Positions 30,320-40,467 are shown, counted from the stretch's first letter. The stretch is DNA of 64,000 bases from an uncultured bacterium (GCA_963819815.1 CAWFXL010000001.1:1504001-1568000); one strand, 5' to 3'. Numbers and translations: made by a program. The notes: generated by a model not told the origin, from the sequence alone.

Positions 30320-30795
30320 GTGGAGGCACCAAAATTTCCTCTATCTGCCTATGCAGACACTGATACGTTTAAGGTTTTTCTCTTAGATGTAGGCTTGCTC
30401 GGGGCCCAAAGCTCACTTTCTGCCCGTACTATCATTGAGGGCGATCGCCTATTTACAGAGTTTAAAGGGGCATTAACTGAAAATTTCATTGCACAGGAAT
30501 TAATCGCGACCTCATCCAAGAAGCTGTATTATTGGAAAAGTGCGGGAACGGCAGAATTTGATTTTCTTCTTGAATTAGATCATGAAATTTACCCGCTAGA
30601 GGTTAAGTCTGGGGAAAGTACGAAAAAAAAGAGTCTGGTCATCTATGGCCAAAAAACCATTCATCCTTGCTTCTGCGCACTACACTGATGAATTTAAAGG
30701 CCGATGGCAAGATCATAAACTATCCTCTCTATCTTATAAGTCTTATACAGAAAAGTGTTCCCGATGAGAGAGTCAGGGAGTCGGTGAAAGATTAA
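30320..30795 (+). pseudogene. C-terminal fragment of an AAA_14/DUF4143 ATPase, N-terminally truncated and frameshifted
   Basis: FKVFLLDVGLL, FKGALTENFIAQEL and YYW...AEFDF...PLEVKSG motifs; after a frameshift near 30655 another frame reads LLLRTTLMNLKADGKIINYPLYLI to a stop at 30795; no Walker A. Confidence 0.8.
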
Positions 30796-30840
30796 GAGTA
30801 TCTTTCGTTCGACTTCTACTTTTTCAAATAGGGGCGATCT

Positions 30841-32646
30841 CTAAATTTCTTCGACCTTTTCACCGGTGATGCGTATGCGGATACCGTCAAGCGTAGTTAA
30901 CTCAAACCCTTTGAATGTGTGCTCGCAGTAGCAGCATGCATGGTCCTGTAGATAGGTAATAGCAATATATTCACCGAGGCGCATACCATAATCAGCATCG
31001 GCGCGATAATGAATACCCGCAAAGTTCCTTCCAAAGGCAATATTTGAAGCAAGCTTGTTAAGCTCTCCGCCGATTGTCATCTGATCTTCGCCTTCGTTTG
31101 AGAGAGGGATGAGCTTTGAAGGATCTTTAGGATCAGGTTTTACCGGTGCAAGTACTGAGGAGAATAATGCCGTGTCGTTAAACATTGCTTTTAATATAGT
31201 GATATAAGCTCCTGCAAAAGTAGCATGACCTGATGGATAGCTTGGGTGTAGAGGAGAACCTTCAGGGTAGGCTAAGGGCATCAGGCAGGTTGCCGCACCT
31301 TGGTGTTTGTTGGCACGTTCTACCCATTTAAGAAGATCTATGCCACCATGGCACTTAAAAAGCTCCTTAGCGACATAGGTACATTCGGTGTCACGTTTCT
31401 TACCAAGATAAACAAGGTTTGCGTATTCTTCAGGACGAAGTACACGCTGAGCACGCCATTTGTGAGCCCATGCAGCTTTTCCTGCAGCAGAGCATACAGC
31501 GCCAACCATTGCTGATACATCTACAAAGCCTAACGTCGCGAATGGATCTTCATGAGGCATACTGCCATTTACGTAGGGGTTTGCTGGAGATCCAGGAAAT
31601 CGGAGAGCATATAGAATACGGAGTGCATTGTACGCCCATTCGTAGGGATAATCGAAATGCACTATACTTGCGAGATCTCTCCCGGTTGTTATATAGCGTT
31701 TAGAATGGCTCTTGTAATCATCCTTTTCGTAAGGCTCAGGTATTTGGCCATTTTGTATAGTACTATAATCTGATACAGAGATACCAAAATTTCGGTCGCG
31801 AGCTATTGGATAGAGCTGCTCGATTTTAAAGATGTCTTGAGGTAAGTTAGCAAACCCAACTGCAGGTGGAAAGGTTGCTTCGGGAATCGACATAGGCTGA
31901 AACAAAAATTGTGAAACATACGGTCCTACAAGGGTTCCCGCTACGTTGCCTCTAAAAAGTGTAGATGAGTCGACCTTGTATTTAGCATTCAAAGGCCCTT
32001 CAAATGCACTGTCGTAATCGTTTAAAATATGTGCTGCCATAAGGGTGATAGAATCTCCACCGTGGTCTTGATCGGTTTTTTTTCCTGTACCATAATCTTC
32101 AAATGCAACGTCTCGTGCAAGAGCTAATAGATAGATTTCCGTGAGCTGAGCGGCACCCTTTTTGCTTGAAATACTTGGAAATAGCGGTAACTGAGTAAGC
32201 GATGAATCGATTCCTTCAAAGCTAAAAGCTGCCGACGCTTGTGGGTTGGTAAGCTTTCTTACAGATCCTTGAGCCAGTGCTAGGGCATTATAGTCATTCT
32301 GTTCTCCAGAAGCGATTGCTTTAAGAAGCAGTTCATAATTTCTTTGGCCATTTTTGGTGAGGAGACCTGTTTTAGGATCATGTTCAAGCCCTTTTGAGTA
32401 CATAGCTTGATAGCAAGGGATTTTCTTTTCATCTCGATTGTGCTCTTTGGTAATATCATAGTTTTTTTCAAGCATGGTGCGCATGCAGGCGCCACCTTCT
32501 CGACGAGCAAAAGCTGGTTTGCGTTCATCTTCGGCGGTAAAACGGGAGGCAAGCACTCCACATTTACCTTTTTCACAATATTCATTCGATTTTGCTTCGA
32601 TCAGATTTGTTATGCAGAGCATTGCTATCATTAATATGCGTTTCAT
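30841..32646 (-). CDS. Vanadium-dependent haloperoxidase, secreted
   Basis: Vanadate-binding motifs AWAHKW...LRPE, HPSYPSGHAT and GRNFAGIHYRAD; GPYVSQFL and ELNKLASNI; signal peptide. Confidence 0.9.
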   Translation of the reverse strand: MKRILMIAMLCITNLIEAKSNEYCEKGKCGVLASRFTAEDERKPAFARREGGACMRTMLEKNYDITKEHNRDEKKIPCYQAMYSKGLEHDPKTGLLTKNGQRNYELLLKAIASGEQNDYNALALAQGSVRKLTNPQASAAFSFEGIDSSLTQLPLFPSISSKKGAAQLTEIYLLALARDVAFEDYGTGKKTDQDHGGDSITLMAAHILNDYDSAFEGPLNAKYKVDSSTLFRGNVAGTLVGPYVSQFLFQPMSIPEATFPPAVGFANLPQDIFKIEQLYPIARDRNFGISVSDYSTIQNGQIPEPYEKDDYKSHSKRYITTGRDLASIVHFDYPYEWAYNALRILYALRFPGSPANPYVNGSMPHEDPFATLGFVDVSAMVGAVCSAAGKAAWAHKWRAQRVLRPEEYANLVYLGKKRDTECTYVAKELFKCHGGIDLLKWVERANKHQGAATCLMPLAYPEGSPLHPSYPSGHATFAGAYITILKAMFNDTALFSSVLAPVKPDPKDPSKLIPLSNEGEDQMTIGGELNKLASNIAFGRNFAGIHYRADADYGMRLGEYIAITYLQDHACCYCEHTFKGFELTTLDGIRIRITGEKVEEI

Positions 32647-32757
32647 TGATCTCCCTTTTAGCTGGTATAAAAAATATCATGTCCTAGCTTATTCAAAAAG
32701 CTGCCCCAAGTGTCAAGGGTTGAGCAATGAATTCAAAATGGATTCTGAATAAGGGTT

Positions 32758-32955
32758 CTAGGAATGAGTTGAGGAGTCTGAATTTTGGGGAGAGTATGCT
32801 AACTGCACGCTGGTGAGATTCTTGTGCAGAACGTCGATAACTAATTTTTTGTCTTTCGTATTGAATGACATACCCACAAGAGTTATTGGCTCAGCACTGT
32901 CGAGATATTTTTGCCTATATTGGCGATCGAGTATTTGTGTGATCTCTTTATGCAC
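32758..32955 (-). pseudogene. Remnant C terminus of a PD-(D/E)XK (PDDEXK_9-like) AAA-ATPase-associated nuclease
   Basis: QILDRQYRQKY...ITLVGMSFN matches the typical QI..K.Y...(L/I)VG(I/L).F ending; the rest of the gene is absent. Confidence 0.55.
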
Positions 32956-32982
32956 TTGTGCTAAGAGAAGTGTATCAAAACT

Positions 32983-33897
32983 CTAGATAATATTTTGAGC
33001 TTGTTCACGAGCCTTTTCAAGCTCTACCTTTATTGAAATAGCGAGGCCGCTAATAATTGCATCGGAGCATTTCGAGGCAATAGTATTAGTTTCTCTAAAG
33101 AGTTCTTGTAGCGTAAAATCAAGCTTTTTCCCATGCGCTATTTCTTGTGAGGTGAGTATCTCATCGAGTGTTGCAAGATGTGTATTAAAACGGACGATTT
33201 CTTCATGGATGTCCATCCGTTCCATCTGATTATAAATAGCAGAGATTTGAGATTCTGCAGTAAGCTCAGATGAAACGTCACTAAGCAGTGTGCGTAAATT
33301 ATCAAGAAGTTGTTTTTTCTTGAGAGCCATAGCCTCGAGGGCACGTGGCTCAAGAATATTAATAAGATTTCGAATGAGCCGCACTCGCTCTCTCAGATCG
33401 TTCTCAAGGGATTTTCCTTCGAGATTTCGAGCTTCGGTGCATTTTTTTGTCAGTGCTCGAATCTCTTTCCACAGCTGCTCAAGAGTTTCTTCTGTAAGTG
33501 GTGCTTCTTTCATTTCAAAGATATTGTTAAGAGAAATAAGATCTCGTAACGTTACCTCTCCCTGCACATGGCATTCTTTTTTTATTTTCTCAAGAGCCGT
33601 CAGATAGCCTCTGACTGTTGAAATCGCAGGTTCAATGATTCCAGTTAAGGCTGAAGGTGAGCTCATGTAGATGGTAAATTGGATAGTGCCTCTATGAAAT
33701 TCATTTTTGAAGTACCGAATAAGCTCGGTCTCTAGGAATGAAAGGCTCGTAGGGAGACGGCAACTTGCCTCGAAGAAGCGCGAATTTAAGCTTTTAAGAG
33801 TTAAGGATACTTGCACATCGTGCGCACTACCGGTAGCTGTATCGGCAATGGGTAGGGTGATTATTGCCGAGCTGAACCCGGTCATGCTTATGATCAT
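32983..33897 (-). CDS. yicC: YicC family endoribonuclease
   Basis: SMTGF, KSLNSRF, DIHEEIVRF, GKKLDFTLQELFRETNTIASK and REQAQNI motifs. Confidence 0.93.
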   Translation of the reverse strand: MIISMTGFSSAIITLPIADTATGSAHDVQVSLTLKSLNSRFFEASCRLPTSLSFLETELIRYFKNEFHRGTIQFTIYMSSPSALTGIIEPAISTVRGYLTALEKIKKECHVQGEVTLRDLISLNNIFEMKEAPLTEETLEQLWKEIRALTKKCTEARNLEGKSLENDLRERVRLIRNLINILEPRALEAMALKKKQLLDNLRTLLSDVSSELTAESQISAIYNQMERMDIHEEIVRFNTHLATLDEILTSQEIAHGKKLDFTLQELFRETNTIASKCSDAIISGLAISIKVELEKAREQAQNII

Positions 33898-33900
33898 GCT

Positions 33901-34617
33901 TTATCCAATGTTAGTATAGACGTTTTGTACATCGTCAAGATCTTCAAGGGCCTGTAGGAATTCATACGCTCTTTCTTCTGTAGCATCATCAAGAGGGATT
34001 GTTGATTTGGGTACATACTCAAGTTCAGCACTTTCAATTTTATAGGAAAGCTTCTCAAGGGCATGCTTTACTTGATCAAGTTGCGTCATCTCGCAGGTAA
34101 TGACAAACATGCTATCATCAAGATAGATGTCTTTAACATCATATTCAAGTAATTTCTCAATTAGATCTTCTTCTGTAGCTCCGTCCTTTGGAATCCTTAT
34201 GACGCCGAGCTTATCAAACATCCAGCTTACTGCGCCACTTTCGGCAAGGATACCACCTTGCTTACCAAAGAAGTTTCGCACGGTTGAGATAGCACGATTT
34301 TTGTTGTCGGTAAGCATATCGATAATAACGGCACATTGGCCTGGGCCGTATCCTTCATAATGATATGATTCATAGGCTACTCCGGGCATTTCTCCCGTAC
34401 CGCGCTTAATTGCACGCATCATATTATCTTGCGGCATATTAATTTCTTTAGCTTTATCCATTAACAGTCGAAGTCGTGGATTTGCAGAGGGATCCCCTCC
34501 ACCATCGCGTGCAGCAATAGTGATTTCTTTTATCAGCTTCGTAAATTTTTTGCCACGAGTAGCATCCTCTTTTGCTTTTTTATGCTTAATCGTGGACCAC
34601 TTGGAGTGCCCTGACAT
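33901..34617 (-). CDS. yebC: YebC/PmpR family protein
   Basis: MSGHSKWSTIKHKK, YEGYGPG, TDNKNR and DDVQNVYTN motifs. Confidence 0.96.
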   Translation of the reverse strand: MSGHSKWSTIKHKKAKEDATRGKKFTKLIKEITIAARDGGGDPSANPRLRLLMDKAKEINMPQDNMMRAIKRGTGEMPGVAYESYHYEGYGPGQCAVIIDMLTDNKNRAISTVRNFFGKQGGILAESGAVSWMFDKLGVIRIPKDGATEEDLIEKLLEYDVKDIYLDDSMFVITCEMTQLDQVKHALEKLSYKIESAELEYVPKSTIPLDDATEERAYEFLQALEDLDDVQNVYTNIG

Positions 34618-34629
34618 GCTTTTTCTCCT

Positions 34630-35640
34630 TTAAATAGCGTGTTGACCAAGATACTTTGCTTGTAAAGAGACTATCTTTTTTGGCGAAATCTGTCGACCCC
34701 TGGGTGTTTTTTCAAGGAACCCTTTACGTAATAGAAAAGGTTCGTAAACATCTTCCAGTGTATCGACATCTTCTCCGATAATTGATGCAAGGGTTTCAAT
34801 ACCTGCAGGACCCCCATCAAACCGTTCAAGAAGTACCTTCAGGAGCATATGATCAATATGGGTAAGCCCTTCTTCATCGATTTGTAATACCCTAAGCGAT
34901 TCTTTTACTAACTCATCGGTAGCTGCAACCTCTTTTACTTGGGCAAAGTCCCGAATTCTACGTACAATCTTTTTAGCGATGCGGGGTGTTTCTCGTGATG
35001 CTTGGGCTATGAGAAGTGCAGCAGAATCAGATAATCGTAAACCAAGATAGCGCGCATTTTGAAGGACAATTAAGGCAAGGTCCTCATCATCATAAAAGTT
35101 AAGTCGTTCTGTGATTCCAAAGCGGCTTCGCAAAGGGGCTGAAATCATGCCAGCTTTGGTAGTAGCTCCCATGAGGGTAAAAGGATTAAGAGGTAAATTA
35201 ATCGACTGAGCTCCTGCTCCTTGGCCAATAATGACATCAACCCTAAAATGTTCCATAGCGCTGTAGAGCACCTCTTCAACACTTGTTGGCATTCTATGAA
35301 TTTCGTCGATAAACAGAATATCGCGTGATTCTAAAGAGGTAAGCAGTGCAACTACATCGCCGGTTCTTTCAAGCATAGGACCCGAGCAAATCTTAATGCC
35401 CACCTGCATGGTCTCAGCCATAATTTGAGCAAGAGTAGTTTTTCCAAGCCCTGGAGGTCCGAAGAGTAATAGATGATCTAGAGGCTCATTACGTTGCATT
35501 GCAGCGATGGTATAGATAGCAAGTTTTTCTTTGAGCTCTTTTTGTCCAAGATAGTCTTGAAACGTCTTAGGATGAAAGTCTAAGGACGTTTCTTCAGGAG
35601 TATCAGGTTTTAAGAGTACGAGTGGCTCAAGTTGTTTCAT
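34630..35640 (-). CDS. ruvB: Holliday junction branch migration helicase RuvB
   Basis: LDHLLLFGPPGLGKTTLA, FIDEIHR, GATT, PLRSRFG, EDVYEPFL and TPRGR motifs. Confidence 0.96.
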   Translation of the reverse strand: MKQLEPLVLLKPDTPEETSLDFHPKTFQDYLGQKELKEKLAIYTIAAMQRNEPLDHLLLFGPPGLGKTTLAQIMAETMQVGIKICSGPMLERTGDVVALLTSLESRDILFIDEIHRMPTSVEEVLYSAMEHFRVDVIIGQGAGAQSINLPLNPFTLMGATTKAGMISAPLRSRFGITERLNFYDDEDLALIVLQNARYLGLRLSDSAALLIAQASRETPRIAKKIVRRIRDFAQVKEVAATDELVKESLRVLQIDEEGLTHIDHMLLKVLLERFDGGPAGIETLASIIGEDVDTLEDVYEPFLLRKGFLEKTPRGRQISPKKIVSLQAKYLGQHAI

Positions 35641-35803
35641 CGTGTTTCCTTGCAATGTCCTTAAGTGTACGGAAAAATCATGTATTGGGCAAGATGCTAT
35701 CTGGCGGCAATGCTGTGAAAATCTCTATACTAAAGAATGTATGAAGTGAACTGACGTAACATAATTAAAAAATAGTAGAACGCTTGGGTAGATTTCTTGC
35801 AAA

Positions 35804-36115
35804 TTACTCCTCATTTTCAATGTCTACACCATCTAAAAGTTCTTCTACGCCTTCCCAAACTTCCTCTGAACTCAGAAGTTTCTCAGGATGAGCCATAGCA
35901 TCCTCATAGAATGCTTGTATTACATGCATAAACTCTGGATCATCTTCACTGGGGAAAAAATCACTGATGGGCGTTATGATAACTTGAGGCCGATTGTTCG
36001 TATCTATTCGCCATTGGAAAGTATACCTACTCGGATCAAAACGTTTGGCCTGTCCAGCAGGAAGGACGAAGGAAGTGCCTTTGAACATCTTTAGTTTTTT
36101 CTTGCTTGCTTCCAT
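35804..36115 (-). CDS. Small hypothetical protein with an antitoxin-like acidic C terminus
   Basis: 103-aa ORF with AAAGGA RBS; ends LLSSEEVWEGVEELL. Confidence 0.55.
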   Translation of the reverse strand: MEASKKKLKMFKGTSFVLPAGQAKRFDPSRYTFQWRIDTNNRPQVIITPISDFFPSEDDPEFMHVIQAFYEDAMAHPEKLLSSEEVWEGVEELLDGVDIENEE

Positions 36116-36260
36116 ACTGTTTCCTTTGAGCTACTTGCAAAAGCTTTCATGAGAAATTATAGAGGATAGTGCGAAATTGAAAAGAGATAGGTGCTTGTTC
36201 GGACGTCAGGACTGGCTTTAGGAAACTTACAACATGGTACTAATGAAGCAATTCATAAGA

Positions 36261-37382
36261 CTACGTTTTTGCCGACAAACTGAGGTAAAAGCGTCTCATA
36301 GCAATGCTATTAAACCAGCCAAGACTTGCAAAACTAATCCAAAGATTGCTTACTCCATAGCTTAGAAATGGCAGCGGGATCCCGACAATCGGCATGAGTC
36401 CCATGACCATACAGATATTAATTATGGTCGAAAGGATGATATGAATAATAAGACCAAGCGCAAGAAGCTGTGCAAAGAAGTTCTTAATGCTACCTATGAC
36501 AGTAAAAAGACGCATAAAAAGGACCGTATATAAAAAAAGTATAATGAGAGCTCCAAGAAAGCCCCATTCTTCGCAGATAACAGCAAAAATAAAGTCGGTT
36601 CTACTTTCAGGAAGGAAGTTAAAGGTGTTTTGTGTGCCATTAAGAAGCCCTTTCCCTTCAAAGCCACCAGAGCCGATAGCAATACGAGATTGTTCAATCT
36701 GGTAGCGCTCTTTTTTGCTATCACCAGCCCCGAAAAAGACCATGATACGTGTCTTTTGATATGGCTTAAGAGACTTATATACGATGGGTGCCGTGAGACA
36801 TAAAAGGAGCAGGACGCCAGCAAAGAACTTTCTGCTCAGCCCGGCTAGCCATAGCAGTATAGCACCTGAAAAAAGGACAATAAGCGATGTTCCTAAGTCT
36901 GGTTGCATGCGTATAAGGATAAAGCTGCATCCAAGCACCATAAGGACGGGAACAAAATTCTGAAACTTAAGGGTACCGACATCCTGCTGCTCTGTAGCGA
37001 GGTAATAGGTAACAAAAGCGGGGAAAAAGAGCTTGGCAAGTTCAGCAGGCTGAAACTTTGTAAAGCCCATATTAATCCAGCGCTGTGCTCCCATTCCTAT
37101 GCTACCTTTTACGATGGTAACTACCAGAAGGATGATAGTGACAAAATACATAAAGAAGCCGGCACGCTCAAGAGTTCTATAGTCTAATGAGCAGACTACA
37201 AGGTAGATGATTATGCCGGTAAGAATGCCAAAAAGCTGCTTCTTAAAATAGAGAGAATAGGGGACCAGCGGCGTGTAGGTAGCACTGAAGACAAAGAGGA
37301 GCCCAATGGCAGAGAGGACCAGCATGACAAAAAAGCTAATCCAATCAAAGGAATGCAGATACCTGCGATCAATGAGCCACAT
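36261..37382 (-). CDS. rodA: Rod shape-determining protein RodA (SEDS family)
   Basis: GAQRWI, FQPAELAK, QPDLGT, AIGSGG.EGKG, FLPESRTDFIF and GIPLPFLSYG motifs; start moved to ATG 37382 to avoid the tRNA. Confidence 0.92.
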   Translation of the reverse strand: MWLIDRRYLHSFDWISFFVMLVLSAIGLLFVFSATYTPLVPYSLYFKKQLFGILTGIIIYLVVCSLDYRTLERAGFFMYFVTIILLVVTIVKGSIGMGAQRWINMGFTKFQPAELAKLFFPAFVTYYLATEQQDVGTLKFQNFVPVLMVLGCSFILIRMQPDLGTSLIVLFSGAILLWLAGLSRKFFAGVLLLLCLTAPIVYKSLKPYQKTRIMVFFGAGDSKKERYQIEQSRIAIGSGGFEGKGLLNGTQNTFNFLPESRTDFIFAVICEEWGFLGALIILFLYTVLFMRLFTVIGSIKNFFAQLLALGLIIHIILSTIINICMVMGLMPIVGIPLPFLSYGVSNLWISFASLGWFNSIAMRRFYLSLSAKT

Positions 37383-37415
37383 AGCCTGTACGTTTAGTAG
37401 GGTAGATGAAGAATA

Positions 37416-37491
37416 TGGTCGGGGCGGCCAGACTCGAACTGACAACCCCTCGCTCCCAAAGCGAGTGCGCTACCAATTGCGCCACGCCCCG
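37416..37491 (-). tRNA. tRNA-Pro(TGG)
   Basis: Minus strand CGGGGCG/CGCCCCG acceptor, CTCGC-TTTGGGA-GCGAG anticodon arm, CCA. Confidence 0.95.
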
Positions 37492-37565
37492 ACATGTGAT
37501 CCTTAGTCTATACTAAAATTGAGAAGGTACTCAATCTTTTTTAGTATGATGTCAAAAAAAAAGCT

Positions 37566-37642
37566 TGGGGTGAATGGTGGGACTCGAACCCACGGCCACC
37601 AGAGCCACAATCTGGTGCTCTACCAACTGAGCTACATTCACC
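37566..37642 (-). tRNA. tRNA-His(GTG)
   Basis: Minus strand G-1 GTGAATG/CATTCAC-C acceptor, CCAGA-TTGTGGC-TCTGG anticodon arm, CCA. Confidence 0.95.
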
Positions 37643-37801
37643 ATGCATTATTCAAGTATACGCAAGTTCTAAAAAACAATCAAAAAAGGGTCAATTCAGT
37701 TATAAAATAATACCTTTAAGGATTTAATTTTTTATAGTATACTGTATGGTTGGTGACTAGGATACACAAAGATATCCTCTATTTTGAGAAGAATCAAGCA
37801 C

Positions 37802-40357
37802 ATGACAAAGAAAACAAATCATTGGATCAAGGTTGTAGGTGCTCGGGAACACAATCTTAAGAATATTTCGATCGATATTCCTAAAGACTCATTAACGGTT
37901 ATTACCGGGCCTTCAGGGTCAGGGAAAAGCTCTCTAGCACTTGATATCCTCTATACTGAAGGCAAAAGAAGATACATAGAATCATTGTCTTCCTATGCAC
38001 GACAGTTTCTTGGATTGCCTAAGAAGCCTGATGTTGATCGTATCGATGGACTTTGCCCTGCTATAGCTATAGATCAGAAGACGGTGGGTCATAACCCCCG
38101 TTCAACGGTAGGGACTATTACAGAGATTTATGATTATTTGCGAGTGCTCTTTGCACGCATTGGCTTCCTCGCATGCCCTGACTGCCAGATTCCCATAGCA
38201 GCAACCCAACCGGATAAGATTGCCGATTTATTGCATAAGCAGCTTAAAGGTCAGACTGTACTGATAGCGGCTCCTATAGCCATGTATAAGAAGGGCGAGT
38301 TTGTTAATGAGCTTGATAAGCTATTTACTGCAGGGTATTACCGCTTTATTATTGACGGTAAGCAGTACCATTTTAAGCGGCTTGAAGACATCTATATGTT
38401 AAAGCTCAAAAAAAGTGAGCGACATACGATCGATCTGCTCTTAGATTCGGTTGATGTAGCTACGGAGGATATTTCTCGGTTACAGGAATCTATTGAGCGT
38501 GCATTCTCCCTTGCTGGAGGTATGTGTAAGGTGATAGTTGGAGAGGAAGAGCATATGTATGCGGCAGCACGCATGTGCTTACGCTGTGCGTATTCATTTC
38601 CCGAGCTTGAGCCTCGCCTTTTTTCTTTCAATTCCCCAATAGGGGCCTGTAAGCGATGCCATGGCCTTGGTAGTTTCTATGAAAGCTATGAGCATGAGGA
38701 TGAAGAGGGTGAATCGTATAAACATGTAGTTTGCTCAAGCTGTGAAGGTAGGCGGTTACATAAGGCGGCATTAGCCGTTAAAGTTGGTGGAAAGAACATC
38801 TATGAGCTGGGAGAGCTTTCTATCAGAGATCTTCTAGAGTTCTTTGCCAAGCTTGAGCTTGATGAAGAGCAAACGATCCTTTCAGAAAGGCTTAATCAAG
38901 AAATATCCTCCCGATTGACCTTTTTATGCGATGTAGGACTTGAGTATCTGTCATTAAATCGGACGTCAAGAACGTTATCGGGCGGAGAAGGACAACGTAT
39001 TCGGTTGGCTACCCAAATAGGATCAGCCTTAAGTGGCGTGCTTTATATTCTGGATGAGCCAAGTGTTGGACTGCATCAGCGTGATAATGATCGCCTTATT
39101 AAGACGCTTCATAAGTTACGAGATTTGGGGAACACGATTTTAGTGGTTGAGCATGATACCGATACGATGATGAGCTCAGATTATATTATAGATATGGGCC
39201 CTGCAGCAGGAATCTTCGGGGGATCGGTGGTTGCCGTAGGAACTCCTCAAGAGATCGCAGCGAATCCTCTTTCACTAACTGGTGATTATTTAAGTGGTCG
39301 ACGTGGTATACATGCCGCGAAAACAGTACGTGAGCCTAAAGGATATTTAGTGCTGAGTGATGTTTCTACCCATAACTTGAAACATATAACCGTTAAGTTC
39401 CCCCTCGGGGTACTATGCGGGATCTCAGGAGTTTCGGGTTCTGGTAAGAGTACGCTTATTATGGAAGAGCTGGTACCAGCTGTAGCTCGATCATTGACCC
39501 GTTCTTCAACGGCAGTTCCTGAATGGATGAAGGAGATGTTTGCAGGAAAAAATAAACTTGAAGGTGTCGAAGCTCTTGAAAATTTGGTGGTTATCGACCA
39601 AGCCCCTATCGGACGAAGCTCCCGGTCAACGCCAGCAACATACCTTGGCTTATTCGATGAGGTGAGGTCATTGTTTGCTTCACTCCCTGAAAGTACTATT
39701 CGTGGGTATAAAGTAGGCAGATTTAGTTTTAACGTTCCTGAAGGGCGCTGTTCCCACTGTAAAGGGGATGGTATTGTGACCGTCTCTATGCACTTTTTAG
39801 CCGACGTTACCTTGACCTGTAGCGTCTGTAAGGGTACACGGTATAATTCTCAAACCCGAGAAATTCTTTTTAAAGGGAAAAACATAGCGGAAGTCCTTTC
39901 AATGACTGCGGGTGAAGCGGTTGAGTTCTTCCAAGCGCATAAGCGGCTTCATAAGAAGTTACAGCTTTTGTGTGAGGTTGGTCTTGATTACCTTCAGCTA
40001 GGGCAATCTTCAACAACATTGTCAGGAGGAGAAGCACAGCGCATTAAGCTGGCAAGTGAGCTTGCTAAAAGGGGTACAAAGACGCTCTATGTGCTTGATG
40101 AACCAACAACAGGACTTCATGCAAGTGATATTGAGAAACTACTGAAAGTACTGCAAAATCTTGTTGATAAGGGAAACTCTCTTCTTGTGATAGAACATAA
40201 TCTTGATGTTCTTAAAACGGTTGACTATATCATAGATATGGGACCAGAGGGTGGCGATAAAGGCGGCCTAGTGGTTGCAGAAGGCGCACCTTTGGATGTT
40301 GCTCAGAATCCAAAAAGTCATACGGGTAGATATTTAAAGAAGATTCTTGAAAGATGA
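37802..40357 (+). CDS. uvrA: Excinuclease ABC subunit A lacking most of the insertion domain
   Basis: GAREHNLKNI, two Walker A (GPSGSGKS, GVSGSGKS), two LSGGE signatures and Zn fingers. Confidence 0.95.
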   Translation: MTKKTNHWIKVVGAREHNLKNISIDIPKDSLTVITGPSGSGKSSLALDILYTEGKRRYIESLSSYARQFLGLPKKPDVDRIDGLCPAIAIDQKTVGHNPRSTVGTITEIYDYLRVLFARIGFLACPDCQIPIAATQPDKIADLLHKQLKGQTVLIAAPIAMYKKGEFVNELDKLFTAGYYRFIIDGKQYHFKRLEDIYMLKLKKSERHTIDLLLDSVDVATEDISRLQESIERAFSLAGGMCKVIVGEEEHMYAAARMCLRCAYSFPELEPRLFSFNSPIGACKRCHGLGSFYESYEHEDEEGESYKHVVCSSCEGRRLHKAALAVKVGGKNIYELGELSIRDLLEFFAKLELDEEQTILSERLNQEISSRLTFLCDVGLEYLSLNRTSRTLSGGEGQRIRLATQIGSALSGVLYILDEPSVGLHQRDNDRLIKTLHKLRDLGNTILVVEHDTDTMMSSDYIIDMGPAAGIFGGSVVAVGTPQEIAANPLSLTGDYLSGRRGIHAAKTVREPKGYLVLSDVSTHNLKHITVKFPLGVLCGISGVSGSGKSTLIMEELVPAVARSLTRSSTAVPEWMKEMFAGKNKLEGVEALENLVVIDQAPIGRSSRSTPATYLGLFDEVRSLFASLPESTIRGYKVGRFSFNVPEGRCSHCKGDGIVTVSMHFLADVTLTCSVCKGTRYNSQTREILFKGKNIAEVLSMTAGEAVEFFQAHKRLHKKLQLLCEVGLDYLQLGQSSTTLSGGEAQRIKLASELAKRGTKTLYVLDEPTTGLHASDIEKLLKVLQNLVDKGNSLLVIEHNLDVLKTVDYIIDMGPEGGDKGGLVVAEGAPLDVAQNPKSHTGRYLKKILER

Positions 40358-40467
40358 TGGCAGCGAGCCATTTGCATCATTGGGTCTCTTTGAGTAGACT
40401 ATAAAAATAGATAAGGCATTTTAAGAAGGAATGTCTCGTGAATCGTATTTTAGTCAAGGAATATACT

